A DNA stretch of 64,000 nt from positions 62,001 through 126,000 of the forward strand of contig JAAPAO010000014.1 of the NCBI GenBank assembly GCA_013115145.1. The letters run 5' to 3'. The notes beneath the pieces are model-generated. The model was not told where the DNA came from, made no database searches, and saw only the letters and a program-made list of their open reading frames with translations. This stretch comes from Perkinsus chesapeaki ATCC PRA-425 (lineage: Eukaryota > Protista > Perkinsozoa). This document shows, piece after piece, positions 50,400-62,700 of this stretch; position 1 is the first letter of the stretch, and each line of letters starts with the position of its first letter. A program made the position numbers and the translations under genes.

Positions 50400-53300
50400 A
50401 GGGAAGTTTGAGAAAGCCTTTCTTAGAAAGCAGAAAGTTCCATGAATGCCATGAGGGATCACATGATACGATTTATAGATCAAGGGAAAACGTTGGTCGC
50501 TCGACTTCGCCTTGCTCAGCTCTTTTCTCATATTCGAGAAATTCTGCTTCTTTAATCTGAGTTAATCTTCATAACCTAAGTAATCTGAGCCCATCTACCG
50601 TGAAGAAATTCTGAGATGCTTCCAGCTCATTCCTTAGCCGCCATGCCTTCTGCGTCTCGTTTGCATAAATCTCCCGATGCTCGGTGAGATTCCCCCGCTG
50701 ATACCACACTTCAAGTCGATGTGACATGGTAGTGTTCTGCACTAGACGCATAACACTAATGCCCGCTACGCCAAGTCTACTCTGATAATCTGGAAGTCTG
50801 CCTCGACAGATCGGTATCCTAGTCGCCGATGTACCTCTTCGACCTTGATCATTGTCTCGTTCACCTAGGATGCTGTTTGAATGACTATTCAAGGGGAGTT
50901 GTTCCCTTTACTTTCAACATTGCGCGATACTGCTTCTGACGTTCATGCTCAAGAGCTTGCTCGACCTCAGCATGGCGCGCCCTCCACTTCAAAGCCTTTC
51001 TCAACTTCTCTTCTTCATAAGTCTCAGCCTCTTCTAAGGATCGAGCAGCGCGTAGAATCTGTTCTGGCCTTCTTCAAAGAATCAAATACTTAAAGCTCCT
51101 CACCTCAATCTTCTCGTCTTCTATACCTTTCTTCACTGCTATCTTCTCATCGAGGAGATTCACCACGGTGTCGTTCAAGCTTATGACATGCGCATGAGCC
51201 TCTTCCATTTTTACGGTAGCCTATTTACTGATGGTTGCCAATGCCTACAAGCTAGAATACCCTTTCACACTCCGCGTTCGCCTCCTCTTCCATTTTCTTG
51301 ACTGTACGCAGCTGTTCTGAGTCAAGGAAAGGGATGAGAAAAGTGGCATCTCCTCCGTTGTAGGATAGTTGTTACCCAAGCATATTGTCATGTTATGCGT
51401 AGCGTTCTTGAGACGCCCATCTAGCTCGATGTACTGAGATGTCCCCATCACTGTTGTGAGAGATTCTGCGGCTGCATCAAATCTACAGCAGCACTCGCCA
51501 CCTCGAGCTTCCACACGATGCTCAACTTTTCTTCTGCTTCTGCCTGGTTCTGTGTGGCTCGCCTCGCCTCGCTTTCCGCATGCCTATAATGCGCCTCGGC
51601 CTCCCGCAAGTCGGAATCGCCAAAGTGACAAGCTTCGGAAGCTGCTCGAGCAGCCTCCGCGAGAGCTAACTGTGTAATCGAGAAAGATTACAGTCAAGGG
51701 CCCCTCACCCGAGAGCCTTTCGTGTTTTGTCCTGCTTTCCGCGGTGGCCTTTTCCATCATTAACACAGTTCGGTTGAGGCACTCTTCCCGATCCTAATCA
51801 AGAATTGATGCTGCTCACATCCGCTTGTCTCTCACTGTCATTATCTCCTCTGCCATGACGATACCGTCTAGGACGGCGTACCTCTCCAGCTCCTCACGAG
51901 CTTTCGCCAGGGCATCCGCCGCTTCTGCAAAATCCACCATTTGTTCAGTTGTTCATTCCTTCGTCTGCAACGTCTACTAGCTCACCCATTTCAACGACGG
52001 AAGCCTCGTCACTTCTGCCTTCTGCATTTGTTACAGTCAACAAAATATCTCGCAGTGTATCTTTGGCGACTTCCAGATTCTTTTCATAAGCCAATGCCTT
52101 TCTCGTCAGTTCAGACTGGCGTGAAGTTAGTGCCCTGAAGTGATGTTCACAGTAGGCCGACTTAGTCTCCCTTACTCAGAGCGTTCATGGGCATCATTCT
52201 TTCGCTTAACAACGTCTTGTAGCTCAATCTCAGATCTGTGCAGCTGTTCGCTCGAGCCATTAAATTCTATAGTTAACTCGCTGCGTCGTCGTTCAACTAC
52301 GAGCTCCTCTGAGCAGCAAATGGATGGTTTCATTGAAGAAGGGACTCAATTGCTCAGGAGTTGGATTACCTTCGAGCCCTTGCTTCGTCCGCTCTGCTGA
52401 TGATATTAACATCTTCATATTGTCTGCTAGCTTATCATTACTATCTCGCGCATTCTGTGCTGACTCGCATTCTATCTGCTCGAAAGTACATTCATTGCTG
52501 ACATTCATTGCCCGTCGATTGGCGTAGTTAGCAGATCCTACTTCAGCTTTGGAATCGTCTCCAATGCGGAACACCCATGAGAGAGCTTTCCTTATGCCCG
52601 CCGCTAAACAACTTGTCGTAAGCTGAGCTCTCGAAGTCTCGAGAGTCATTGATTCTTGCGATTCTCTCCCTCTCTCCTCAATGGATAATAGTGTTTCACG
52701 AAAAGACCTTGAAGTTCCGAGTCAATCTTCAGGAGTGGCTAAACCTCCTACTCAATCCTCTCGGTAACTTCCAACAAATCTTTTTCTATCGCTACTTTAT
52801 CTCTTTCATCGTCTCGGAACTCATTCAGCTTGGAGCGAAGTTCCTCGACAGCTCTTGCTTGCTCTTGCGTTCTTTCCGTTAACCGATCGGCCTCTATCTC
52901 GAGCTGATCGATCGTTTCTAAAACCTCTGTGAGCTCCCCTGATATGTGTCCGATCTCTTTCTCGATGCGACTCAAGCTTGAAGCCAGTTCATCGACATTT
53001 GTACTGGCTGTAGCCTTAGCAGCAACAAGCTCTTCCAGCTGCGAGTGTATGTTAGTTAAATCTAAAGTTGTACACTTCTTATTGGAGAGGAAGCCGTCGT
53101 TCTCCCCACCGAGACACTACAATGGCCTACTGAAGGTTCACCCTTACTTTCAGTGGCCCCAGTGTAAGTTTTATTAGCCTTTAGGAACGCTTCTCTTGCG
53201 GCTTGCCAAGCCGTTCCCTGGGCCTTAGCAGTTCTGACCTCCGTAGCAGCAGAACTTGCGTTCAATGATGCTAGAAGAGAATTTAAATGCGCAGCGCGAA

Positions 53301-55860
53301 AGCCCGGCACACCTTCCGTCGATTTCTCAGCTAATACATCTTGTGCTTCCCTGGCCTCTATCGCCTCCTGTTCAGCAAGGCTTCGCTTAATTCTCAGGCT
53401 ATCATGTTTCGCGCACTCCTCCGTTTGTATCGCTGCACTTGATACCGTATCGCGTGGATCCTGTGGTGCTCTGATCTAACCTATTATCTCGGACTGCCTC
53501 CTGACAGCTGCTCCTGCTCCTTTTATTTCTTCGTCTGCTGCGATAGCCACGGCCAGCGTCTCATTGAGTTTTTGAGCAGCGACTGTCTTTTTGTCTATAA
53601 GCTCTTGGATTCCGATACTTTCATTCCAAAGGGCCAACGCAGCTTCGGCCGATTCCATTTCTGATCTAGCTGACTGATATGCGGCACTTGCTGCCTTCAG
53701 ATTATTTCTGATGGTGCTAATCTCAGAGCCATTGCCTGAGCGGCTAGTTGCGTCAGATACAGGGTTCTCAACTTAGCTTACAAGCTGCATGGAAAGCTGA
53801 TAACGTGACCTCGGCGATTTGCTTAGCCTGCTGGAGCTCTTTCTCCCTATTGGGCAGTTCCTCCTCTATCAAATGGGGGAGCTGAAGTGCAATTGCTCGC
53901 AACACGGCTCCGCAACCTCACTCTTTCCTGCATAGCGTGCAGCCGGCGAGTGGTTTCAATGAGAGTGTCATTCGCCTCCCGGGTAGTTCGCACTGCAACA
54001 CTTAGCGCTTCCTCAGCGGCCGTTAGCGACTCAGATGTCTTTCTACAATGACTTGAATGCGGGCGGATCAGCTAGTTCGAAAGCCTCACGTGAAGTTGTT
54101 GACTATTGGCGGCATTGATACATTGATGATGTAATGTAAAGACTCTTCTGCTCTAGCCAAGTCAAACGTTGCAAGTCGGTTCATGTCATGGTTTATAATA
54201 GGCAGGATTCGAGCCTAGGAGGAGCTCTATTGTCAGTAGAACAACCGTGACATGCGACCTGTTGATGGGCATGAGCTCTTTCCGATGCATTCAATCTTTG
54301 CTCAGCAAGCGTGAGATTCGCCACAAAAGACGCTGTCTTATCTTCCAGCTCCCCTAGTTTTCTGAGTAGCTGCACCTTGGGCGATGGAGAGGTGTGGATT
54401 TACTTCAGCTGGGCGTTGTAGGCGTACAGGCTTTCGTTCATAACGTGCCATGCTTTGACCATCCTGAACTTGTGCTCTTCATCACAGTAGTAACTAAGGG
54501 ATCTAGGGCAGTCGACGCAGCCTTCCTCTTCCTTTCGGATTTCCTGAAAACGAATCCATAGAAGATGCACTCGGGAATAGTGGTACCTCGCACATGATCC
54601 CCTTGAAGTCCTGTTGGCAGCATCGCTCATAAGTGAAGGGCCCGTTCCAGCAACGCTCATCTCCATAGGGACCACGTGAAGGGTCACAACAGAAACTGTA
54701 TATCCATGTTAGCTGGCGGAAATAGGAACGATCAGCTCATCACTAGCAACTCATATATTCGAATTGAGAGTGTTGTGGCCAACAAGTGCGGTCCTTCATT
54801 GGTGTACATGTCTTCACCTTTGGCACTACGCTCTTTCGGCGATGAACAAGAGACGCCCCATTGTATGCCATACCTACTCTCAGACCCACTACAATGATAC
54901 ACTGATACACGGAAAAAAAGCACTTGCAAGGTCTATCTTGCCAGTTGTCTGGCTGTAGGAAAGACGGGGTTCCTCCCCTTTCTCTGGGTCTCCAGCCCAG
55001 TAGTCCGCCCTGGCAACAATGGATGAGGTTTTGCCGGAAAAACGCTTCCTACCACGCTCTGAGAGAATTCCCATTATCTTTCCAGAAAGGAAAAGCTGTA
55101 CGGTTTAGGCAGGACGTGATCTCGGGCAGCAGAAATCGTCTCATTGCATCGACATGCTACGGAAGGAAGGCCATGCATCGCCACAGACTGATACGTTTTC
55201 TAGCGCTTCTTTGCACCTGATACCAGCCTTGCAGCCTTAGCTGCTCGTTGAGCCCATCCACATCATCATATTTTCGCGGCTCAGGATCGCTCAGTTTTAT
55301 TAAGTACTGGTGAACGCACCTAAAGTAGACTAACAATCTGACGAATGAACTCGGTATGGGCAGAGCCAGCTGCCGCTCTCGAAATTCTGCTCGTACCAGA
55401 AATGCAGGAGCATATTTCCCACAGGGCAAGCCCATTTAATCATTTCTCTGTTATAATCTCTCCAGGCTTCCTGTCCAAGGTCCACTATACTCTGTGGACT
55501 GAACGCGTATCTGCCGTTCCGCATGCATTCGGGTAGGGTTTAGTAGCTGACTTCTTCCCCTCCTGATTGAATAGGAATGTGTGTATTTCATGTGGACAGG
55601 TCTGGTCCATAATCCACTGGTAGAGAGGGTGCTCTGGGTTTCCTAATCTCGCTTTGAAGCCTCCATCCTGTGGATCCCCCACGAAACTGATCAGCAACGT
55701 CCGTAACTTCCCTCTAATGGCAAATGCCAGACTAGTCGTCCCAGTTCAAGAAGGTTCAAGAGTGCAACATACGGTAATGGCGCACACCGGAGAGCTGTTC
55801 GAGGCGCTCGCGGCGACCTTAGCGCCCCTTGGGCCAGTTCGCGACCAATGAAACGAGGAA
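50400..55860 (-). CDS. Large coiled-coil protein with a globular N-terminal part (may be two genes)
   Basis: Many heptad-rich exons (SRIEKEIGHISGELTEVLETIDQLEIEADRL; IQELIDKKTVAAQKLNETLAVA). Upstream exons such as SFVGDPQDGGFKARLGNPEHPLYQW are non-coiled. Confidence 0.5.
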
Positions 55861-56249
55861 GAAGAGGCGATGTGCTTGAAACAGTTGTTAAGCATTCGGA
55901 AGCAGCTGCCAGTGTCGCGGCTCACTTGTCAAGCATTGTTATGTGATGGAACCAATAGTTATCTCTCCAATCACATTCACACATCGACCAGTCTGGTGGG
56001 GTACATCCTTCAAGTGATAGGGCCGCTATTATGACCAGAGCCCGCGTTATAATGGTATATAACGTGCGGACTGGGGAAGAGGGTTTCGTGTTATCCGGAT
56101 ACATAGGCGGTGTTACAGTCCTTGTAGGAACACTAATGCCTTTATAGCCACTCAAAACAAAACATAGAAAGGTGATAACAGCATTTATCATGATTAATAT
56201 TTTCAGTTGGTTCAAAAAGCTAAAGCCTGGCAGTGTAAGATGCACGTGC

Positions 56250-57680
56250 GACAGTTACTCAACAGTATACGAAGCCTCCATGGTAACCACCAGCGAAGGG
56301 TCTGAAATCACAGGATGGGGACAAGTTGCACAATACTGGCAGTGAAACAAGGTCGTTTCCGTCATTAGGATCACGCTGGGGATAAAAGCTTACCTTTGAT
56401 CAACCTGCGTGAAGGTGAATGGCGTTGGTGATGTGCACAGTGGGGTTCCTTGCTTCGTGCTGAAAGAGTGGTATGAGCCAATCATAGGCAACCGCCAGCT
56501 TACCACGCTGTCTCCACAGAGAGAAACGATGGCCTCCTATTGGACGTTTCTGTAGCACCTCCAAAATTGTCACCAATGGTCCGAGCCATAGGTGGCAGGC
56601 TTTTCACACGGACACTTGCGTTCTGGTCTCGTCGAGCCATGGCGACGATAGGCAGGTGATCGGTGTAGAAGCGCAGCCTAAGGTACAGCGTCGGTGAGCG
56701 TGGCGTTAAGTTGCCTACGGATTTCTCGGCTTAGATCGTTCTCTCCATGATGGATTTCGCGGTGGATCTTTCACAAACTGAGTAGCCATGGCAATGTCAT
56801 CAGACTTCAATGCTTACTCCTGCGTTGAAGTTAGGCCCCATAATATTCTCTTTTCGTATAGCCGCCTTAGTGGCTATATCGGAAAGTAAAGTAGAACGGC
56901 CGAAACCAGGAGGAGCCGCCGAAGTGGCGTCCAACGACTGAATAAAATGAGCTACTAGCGGCGGTTCGTGAAGCTAAGACGCGCCCCGACCTGTGCTGAC
57001 CATGCGTCTGCAAGGCGAACTAAACTGTTGCTCCGTCGTGGTCGCGTTGTTGACATGGTTAACAAGACTGTCCAAAACAGCGAAACGATAGTAAAGACAC
57101 TACACTGCTTTATTAGAGAGTTATCCAGAGCTTCATAGCTAAACTGTCTACGAGACGCGGGAATCGTGACGTTCGCAATTCCGCGCTGAGCGGAGCGAAG
57201 CAATTCATGTTTGAAATTTTTTGTCTGGCAAGTCTCATACAACGCTCCAAATTGCTCTATCTCATCATGTAAGCTACAGTACCCTCGAAGACAGCCAGAT
57301 GCACTCTCGAACCTTAGTCGAACTTGTACGAGCTAGCTACGCGGATCAATTCGAGTTTTGCTGGGCTTAATCCGGCTTGATGGACAACTCGGTATGATTC
57401 AAATGTGATAAGAGATACCGCCAGGAATTCATAGTGCGGCGGCATACATCATCTGAGGCCTCTCTAGTGAGCATAATTCCCCCTACGGAGCAAGGCTGTG
57501 CTCTTGCTGGTACCCGAATCAGGTTGGGAAGAGTCTTAACGCGTGGAGGCATTCGTAGGGCACGGCTGGGCCAGAAGACAACTCTATGATACCCTTCAAC
57601 AGTGTATTGCAGTCCAAGCCTTACGTAGGATACACTAGGGAAAACCAACTCACTTGTTCTTACGTATCTCCTACACACGA
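56250..57680 (-). CDS. Possible lineage-specific gene(s), unresolved
   Basis: Short minus frames with splice-like ends (STKQGTPLCTSPTPFTFTQVDQR; ELVFPSVSYVRLGLQYTVEG); no family recognised. Confidence 0.2.
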
Positions 57681-57812
57681 ACTAATTTAGTCCGTAGTGA
57701 TATGTTCTAAAATACGCTTGGTGCCTCATACTAGGTTTAAACCGTTTAATGTGCTTTGGCGTATTTGCTCCATATTGCTGTTTTATTGTTAGTAGGATAT
57801 TTGGCCTTTCAA

Positions 57813-59122
57813 ATGAGTACTCCCAGTACAGACGGAGAGCCATCATTAACTAAGATAGCATTGACGAACGCTGAGCGTAGAGAGGTTGATGCCAAAGGCA
57901 ACCTATTTAGTATCATCAAGGCTGTTGACGCAGTTGAAAAGGCGTTTGCCACTGGTAGTAACATCGGGCAGGATGGCGGGGGAAAGCATGGGAACAGCTA
58001 AGTGGATGTAAAGGGCGTCTCGGAGCCTTCTCCCGGCTAATTTTGAGCTTTTCTAGCTGATCAAAGAACTGATCGTAAACTGAGGAGATCGAAAATGAGA
58101 TTTCAGAATTTGAACGAATAGGGTTTCGGGGGCCTTTGGGTCGTATCATAAAGAATTTAGCTGAGAAAAACCACCACCGCCGTGCCGTGCGCAATTTACT
58201 ATCAGGGATCTCCGATTTAGTGAAGGTGCTATAGGAATAGTGGAACCCTTTTGCTGGAATGGGAAATTCCTGTATTGTACGCTCAAGGTTTATTGCCACT
58301 TAATGGAGAATGTTAGGCTTAGTCGGCGATGAGGCTTATGAGAAGCAGTACCAGCAGTTGCTGACGCAGTATAAGGTAGGGTTAGTGTTGGTTAAGTGGA
58401 GGGGCAAAGTATAAGGGTTAGGTTATAACAACAGCATTGACGCAGGGAGCAACGCCATTTGATGTTGAAAAGTTTATAAAGGATAATCATATGCAGGCAA
58501 TGATGATGCAATAGTGGTGTTGGTGGTTAAAATAATGGTGGGTGCAGGTCCACTATGCCAGAGTACGGTTACTAGGAACACAGCTACCGGCTACTAAGAT
58601 GTATCATAGCGGAGAGAAGGTAGGGGCTGGATTAAGATGTTATGGAATGCTCTGTCAGGGGTCGCCTGATACTGTTAATATCTTGGACGCGGGGCAACAC
58701 TTTGTCACCTTGGTGGATTGCCTTAAGATGGAAATGGTGCGTATTGTTGTTGAACAGTTTTCTACGTTATAGTTGGTACTAGGTCTCAGTGGACGATCTT
58801 CTACCTATAGTTCGAGAGCTCTGTGGGAGCCTGGCCAGCATATCATCTCTACCTGTGGATTTTGAAGCTAAGGTGGAGGGACTATGCGTGCTTCTGGTGA
58901 TGGTGAAAGATACTCTCGTTGTTGATGTTGGCAGGTAACTGTCCAGAAATGGCTCACCAAACTGAATTCAATGCGAGCATCGGATAAGCTATCGGAGGTA
59001 ACAACGACTGTCTGATTCTTCGTTCGTATCCGTTTTTGTGGTAGGATGATTCTCGGCAGTTTTCCTTGGAGCTTGATGGTGCCTATGCAGCGTTCCATAA
59101 GGCAGTGAGGAATATTCGATGA
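57813..59122 (+). CDS. VPS28: ESCRT-I subunit VPS28
   Basis: Exons give LTNAERREVDAKGNLFSIIKAVDAVEKAF, YEKQYQQLLTQYK, ILDAGQHFVTLVDCLKME, VDDLLPIVRELCGSL, VQKWLTKLNSMRASDKLSE and SRQFSLELDGAYAAFHK, matching VPS28 along its whole length. Confidence 0.9.
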
Positions 59123-59269
59123 TGCTGATTGGGGAGGGACACTCTCTGTTCTTGTACCTTTTCTGTGAACATTTAATTCACCTTTTGTAGTAGCAATACT
59201 TTAGTCGATCGTTGAGTTGTTTATACAGGGGCGAGTGTGGCTGTTGCCGGGGTGAGTACTAGTGGGTAG

Positions 59270-59480
59270 TAAGATGCTTCCGAACACTAAAGGGTATTAA
59301 GTAGCTCCTAGAGATTACAGACCTCTCATGCCAGGTTAACTCGTAATCTAAATGGAGCTTGTAGTAAAGAGGGACTTGCTCGAGACTATTACTGCCCGGC
59401 AAGCCTCACACGTTGTGGAAGTGCATTATCAATCGCGATTTCGAGCGGAGATTCTTCGAGGACAACGATGAAGAGTTGGC
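59270..59480 (+). mobile_element. Decayed non-LTR retrotransposon reverse-transcriptase remnant
   Basis: One frame with in-frame stops reads LPNTKG.VAPRDYRPL...MELVVKRDL...YQSRFRA, resembling RT subdomains 1-2 (PK..dYRPI..E.vv..rL..Q.GFR). Confidence 0.45.
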
Positions 59481-59733
59481 GACCAACCATTGAAGCCTTC
59501 AAATTTCCCTGTTGGACGTTCTTGGTTCTAGGAATTTAGTAGGGTAGGAAATTGGGACTCGGGGTGAAATCTTGTGACAAGAGTAGCAGCCAATATGGGT
59601 ACTTACTGCAGCCAATACTGACATAGTAAGCTGTATGGTAGCCTAGCATTTGCGGTATCAGTTTATTTTAAAAGGGGCATATCATCGTCCCTTGCACTGT
59701 TCTATCAGTGGAAACCACCTATTGTTTTCTGCA

Positions 59734-62700
59734 ATGGATGAGCTATACGAAGAGGACCTAGAAGAGTGAGTTATTAGCGCAACACACCGTCACAAGCGGG
59801 TCTCATCAGGTTGTCTCCGTTGCCTTTGGCTAGCGGCCAAGAGGGGTATCTATCTGGCAGTGGCGGAGGCATCATATACGATAGGCTTCAGAGAATCTTT
59901 AGGCTTTATACCACCGACTCTATGTGAGCTACTTCGAGGGAGCTGCGCTGGACTGAAGGCAAATAGGTATGCCTTTCGTATTACTACTACTGGTCAATTG
60001 GAGCATCTTTATTGGGGACCGAGTATTCCACCGGAGGATGATTTAACATTCTTATCCCTAAACTCATTGACTATGGCCAGCCCGTTCGATCCCACTGGAC
60101 AGGCCGAGCCTGTCGGCATAAGGGTGAGCGTAAAGCCATTTTCGAGGCGCGTGACGATGTGTCTGTGTAGGAGTTGACGTCGGACATGGGTAAAAAGCTC
60201 CAAGTTGAGGATCTGAGCGAGCGCTGGAAGACTTACACTAAAGAGGCTAAGAGCGGCATTGGTATTTTCGTGGCGAGTGACAGTTTGTGGATCTTATGTG
60301 AGTAGGTGAAGATGTTAGGAGAGAAAACGCCTTTTGGAGACGATGGAGGATGGCACAGCTGGGCAGAAGCGATTCTCCCAAAGTCGAGATTGGCGCTGAT
60401 CTAGATGGACAAGGAGGTAACAGTGAGAGGAACTTTACAGTTTACCATTGAAGAGCGCACCACTGACTGTAGGCTGCGTTCAGTACGTGTATGAGATCAC
60501 GACAAAAAGCGACAAAAGTTTATATGTTTTTGGAGAACAGTTCCGTGGGAACTGTACCAATATTACTGTTGTTCACTGCTGTTGAATGACCTCTTGCGCT
60601 CTCTGCCCGCTTTGTTGTTCTTTGATCGCTCTACTACACATTTCGATGACGTAGGTGAAATTAAGGCTAAGAGAGACCGCACAGTCAATCCATTGAAGCT
60701 GCGCTCAAGTAAGATACCGTAGTCTTGAACGGTGGCTGCCGCCAGATTGAATCGATTGATAGATTGCCACATTAGATACGCTTGACCTTGAGGTTTGTGA
60801 AGAGGATAAGCCACTTGGCTGTGGTAAGAGCGATGGGCGAGGTGGTGAGGCAACACGTCCATCCGAAGAATCTTTGTCTACCGAATTCTAGAAAGTTGCT
60901 TATAACCTTTCACTTCTATCTTTTAATATTTTCGGTGTGTCACTGCGATTCGGTACAAGACTGTAATGCTCCTTATCATACTACTGTACATGGAGATCAT
61001 CGGTCGTGGTTTTAGCCCCTGACGCGGCGCCTGTCGGCCGAATATCATCTCCTCTGGGGACACTGCGACATGATCGTAAAGCACAAGATGGGTCGCCGAC
61101 GAAGGCCTTGCCCAGCTGTACGGTAGCCTTTTTGGAAGTGCATTGAGATATCTCCTCTTAGGGGTGCATCAGCATGCACGACGCCAGAGGAGCTCATCAG
61201 CCGCTGTGGGTCCAATGTTAGAACGAGGGAAGTCTGTGGGTCACGGGAGACGATTCACTACGCATGCGGGGAGACCGTCTAGCCCATCTAGATCAGAGGA
61301 AGAGGTAGGTGATGTTATAGACTTAAGGGTAGTAGCTAATAAACTCCTTAGGCTGGAGCTACACATGTAACACAACAGATAATGGGTAAAAACTCCCTTA
61401 TGTTGGAGTATAGTGATTATGGTACCGGAGACTATAGGCTACCAAGCTTTAAGGTAAACAGTAACAGGAACACCCATGCAGTTGATTGGTAGGTTCGATA
61501 CAACGCAGAGTCGAGGCTTGGACACAGTGACATATCACCTTTAGAGTACAGAGATCATATCATAGTCCGAGGGAAGCCGCTCATAGTCGGGGACCCGGAT
61601 GCATCACTACCTCAAGTAGGTATGGAGGAACTTTATCGCGTTATCAATGAGGCGACCATAGACCATAGGCGTCGATTGAAATGGTCCTTAATAACGAGCA
61701 AATAGATGATACACCAACTACGTCTTCCTGCTCTATACAGACCATGGGCTCTATAGTGTTAAATGTCTGCTATTAGTAGCAGCCTAGTACGGCATTCAAT
61801 ACTCAAACATCGTATCCTTGTTCTGTGAATGATAAGTGATCGTGAGCCCGCAGTTCGTTCGCCAATTGAGATACGTATTCACAAATATTTACAACGGCAT
61901 CCTTGGACCTATGTCATTGGCCATGGTGGACCTTGGAAACTTCTAGGCAAATAGCTCAATGTGCTATGCTGACATGAAAGTGAAACGAGGTATTATTCTA
62001 CTCGCGAAGGTATCGAGGCACTCCTCAACGACTTCCTACCCCGACGTGACATTTCCAACAACACCAGAGTCGAGAATGCGAGACCATTTAACCGTTGAAT
62101 TTCTAGAACTTCCCCTTGAATTTCAACGTTGGCTAGCCCTTGGCTAGCTATTCACAGACAATGAAGCGAAGTTGGAGCGTTGGCTAGCCTATGATTCACA
62201 GACAATGAAGCGAAGTTGGAGCGTTGGCTAGCCTATGATTCACAGACAATGAAGCGAAGTTGGAGCGNNNNNNNNNNNNNNNNNNNNNNNNNNNNNNNNN
62301 NNNNNNNNNNNNNNNNNNNNNNNNNNNNNNNNNNNNNNNNNNNNNNNNNNNNNNNNNNNNNNNNNCGTTGGCTAGCCTATGATTCACAGACAATGAAGCG
62401 AAGTTGGAGAAGTAAAGCATTGTCTAGCGAAATTGTCGACTACCGAATAAACGAGCAGTTGACAAACTTCCACTACCAAAGATACTTGTTGAAGGCAATC
62501 ACCGCAGCGCTGATGTTAGTGATGCTTTGAGCAGAAATACTTATAAGTCTTGGCCGGCTGTATCCCGAACTTGAGAGCTTTTATGACAATATTTAATAGT
62601 ACGGTTGGCTAAGTCCATCTCTTACTTGTCCCTTCCATAAAAGGGCAGTGTTTGTCGTATTCTCATTCTGAGATTGACCAAATGCTCATACGGTTGCTAG

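Noticed and set aside
62141-62405. 44-nt direct repeats as a CRISPR array
   Set aside because: Units are head-to-tail with no spacers, there are no cas genes, the context is eukaryotic, and the copies flank an N gap, so some may be duplicated contig ends.
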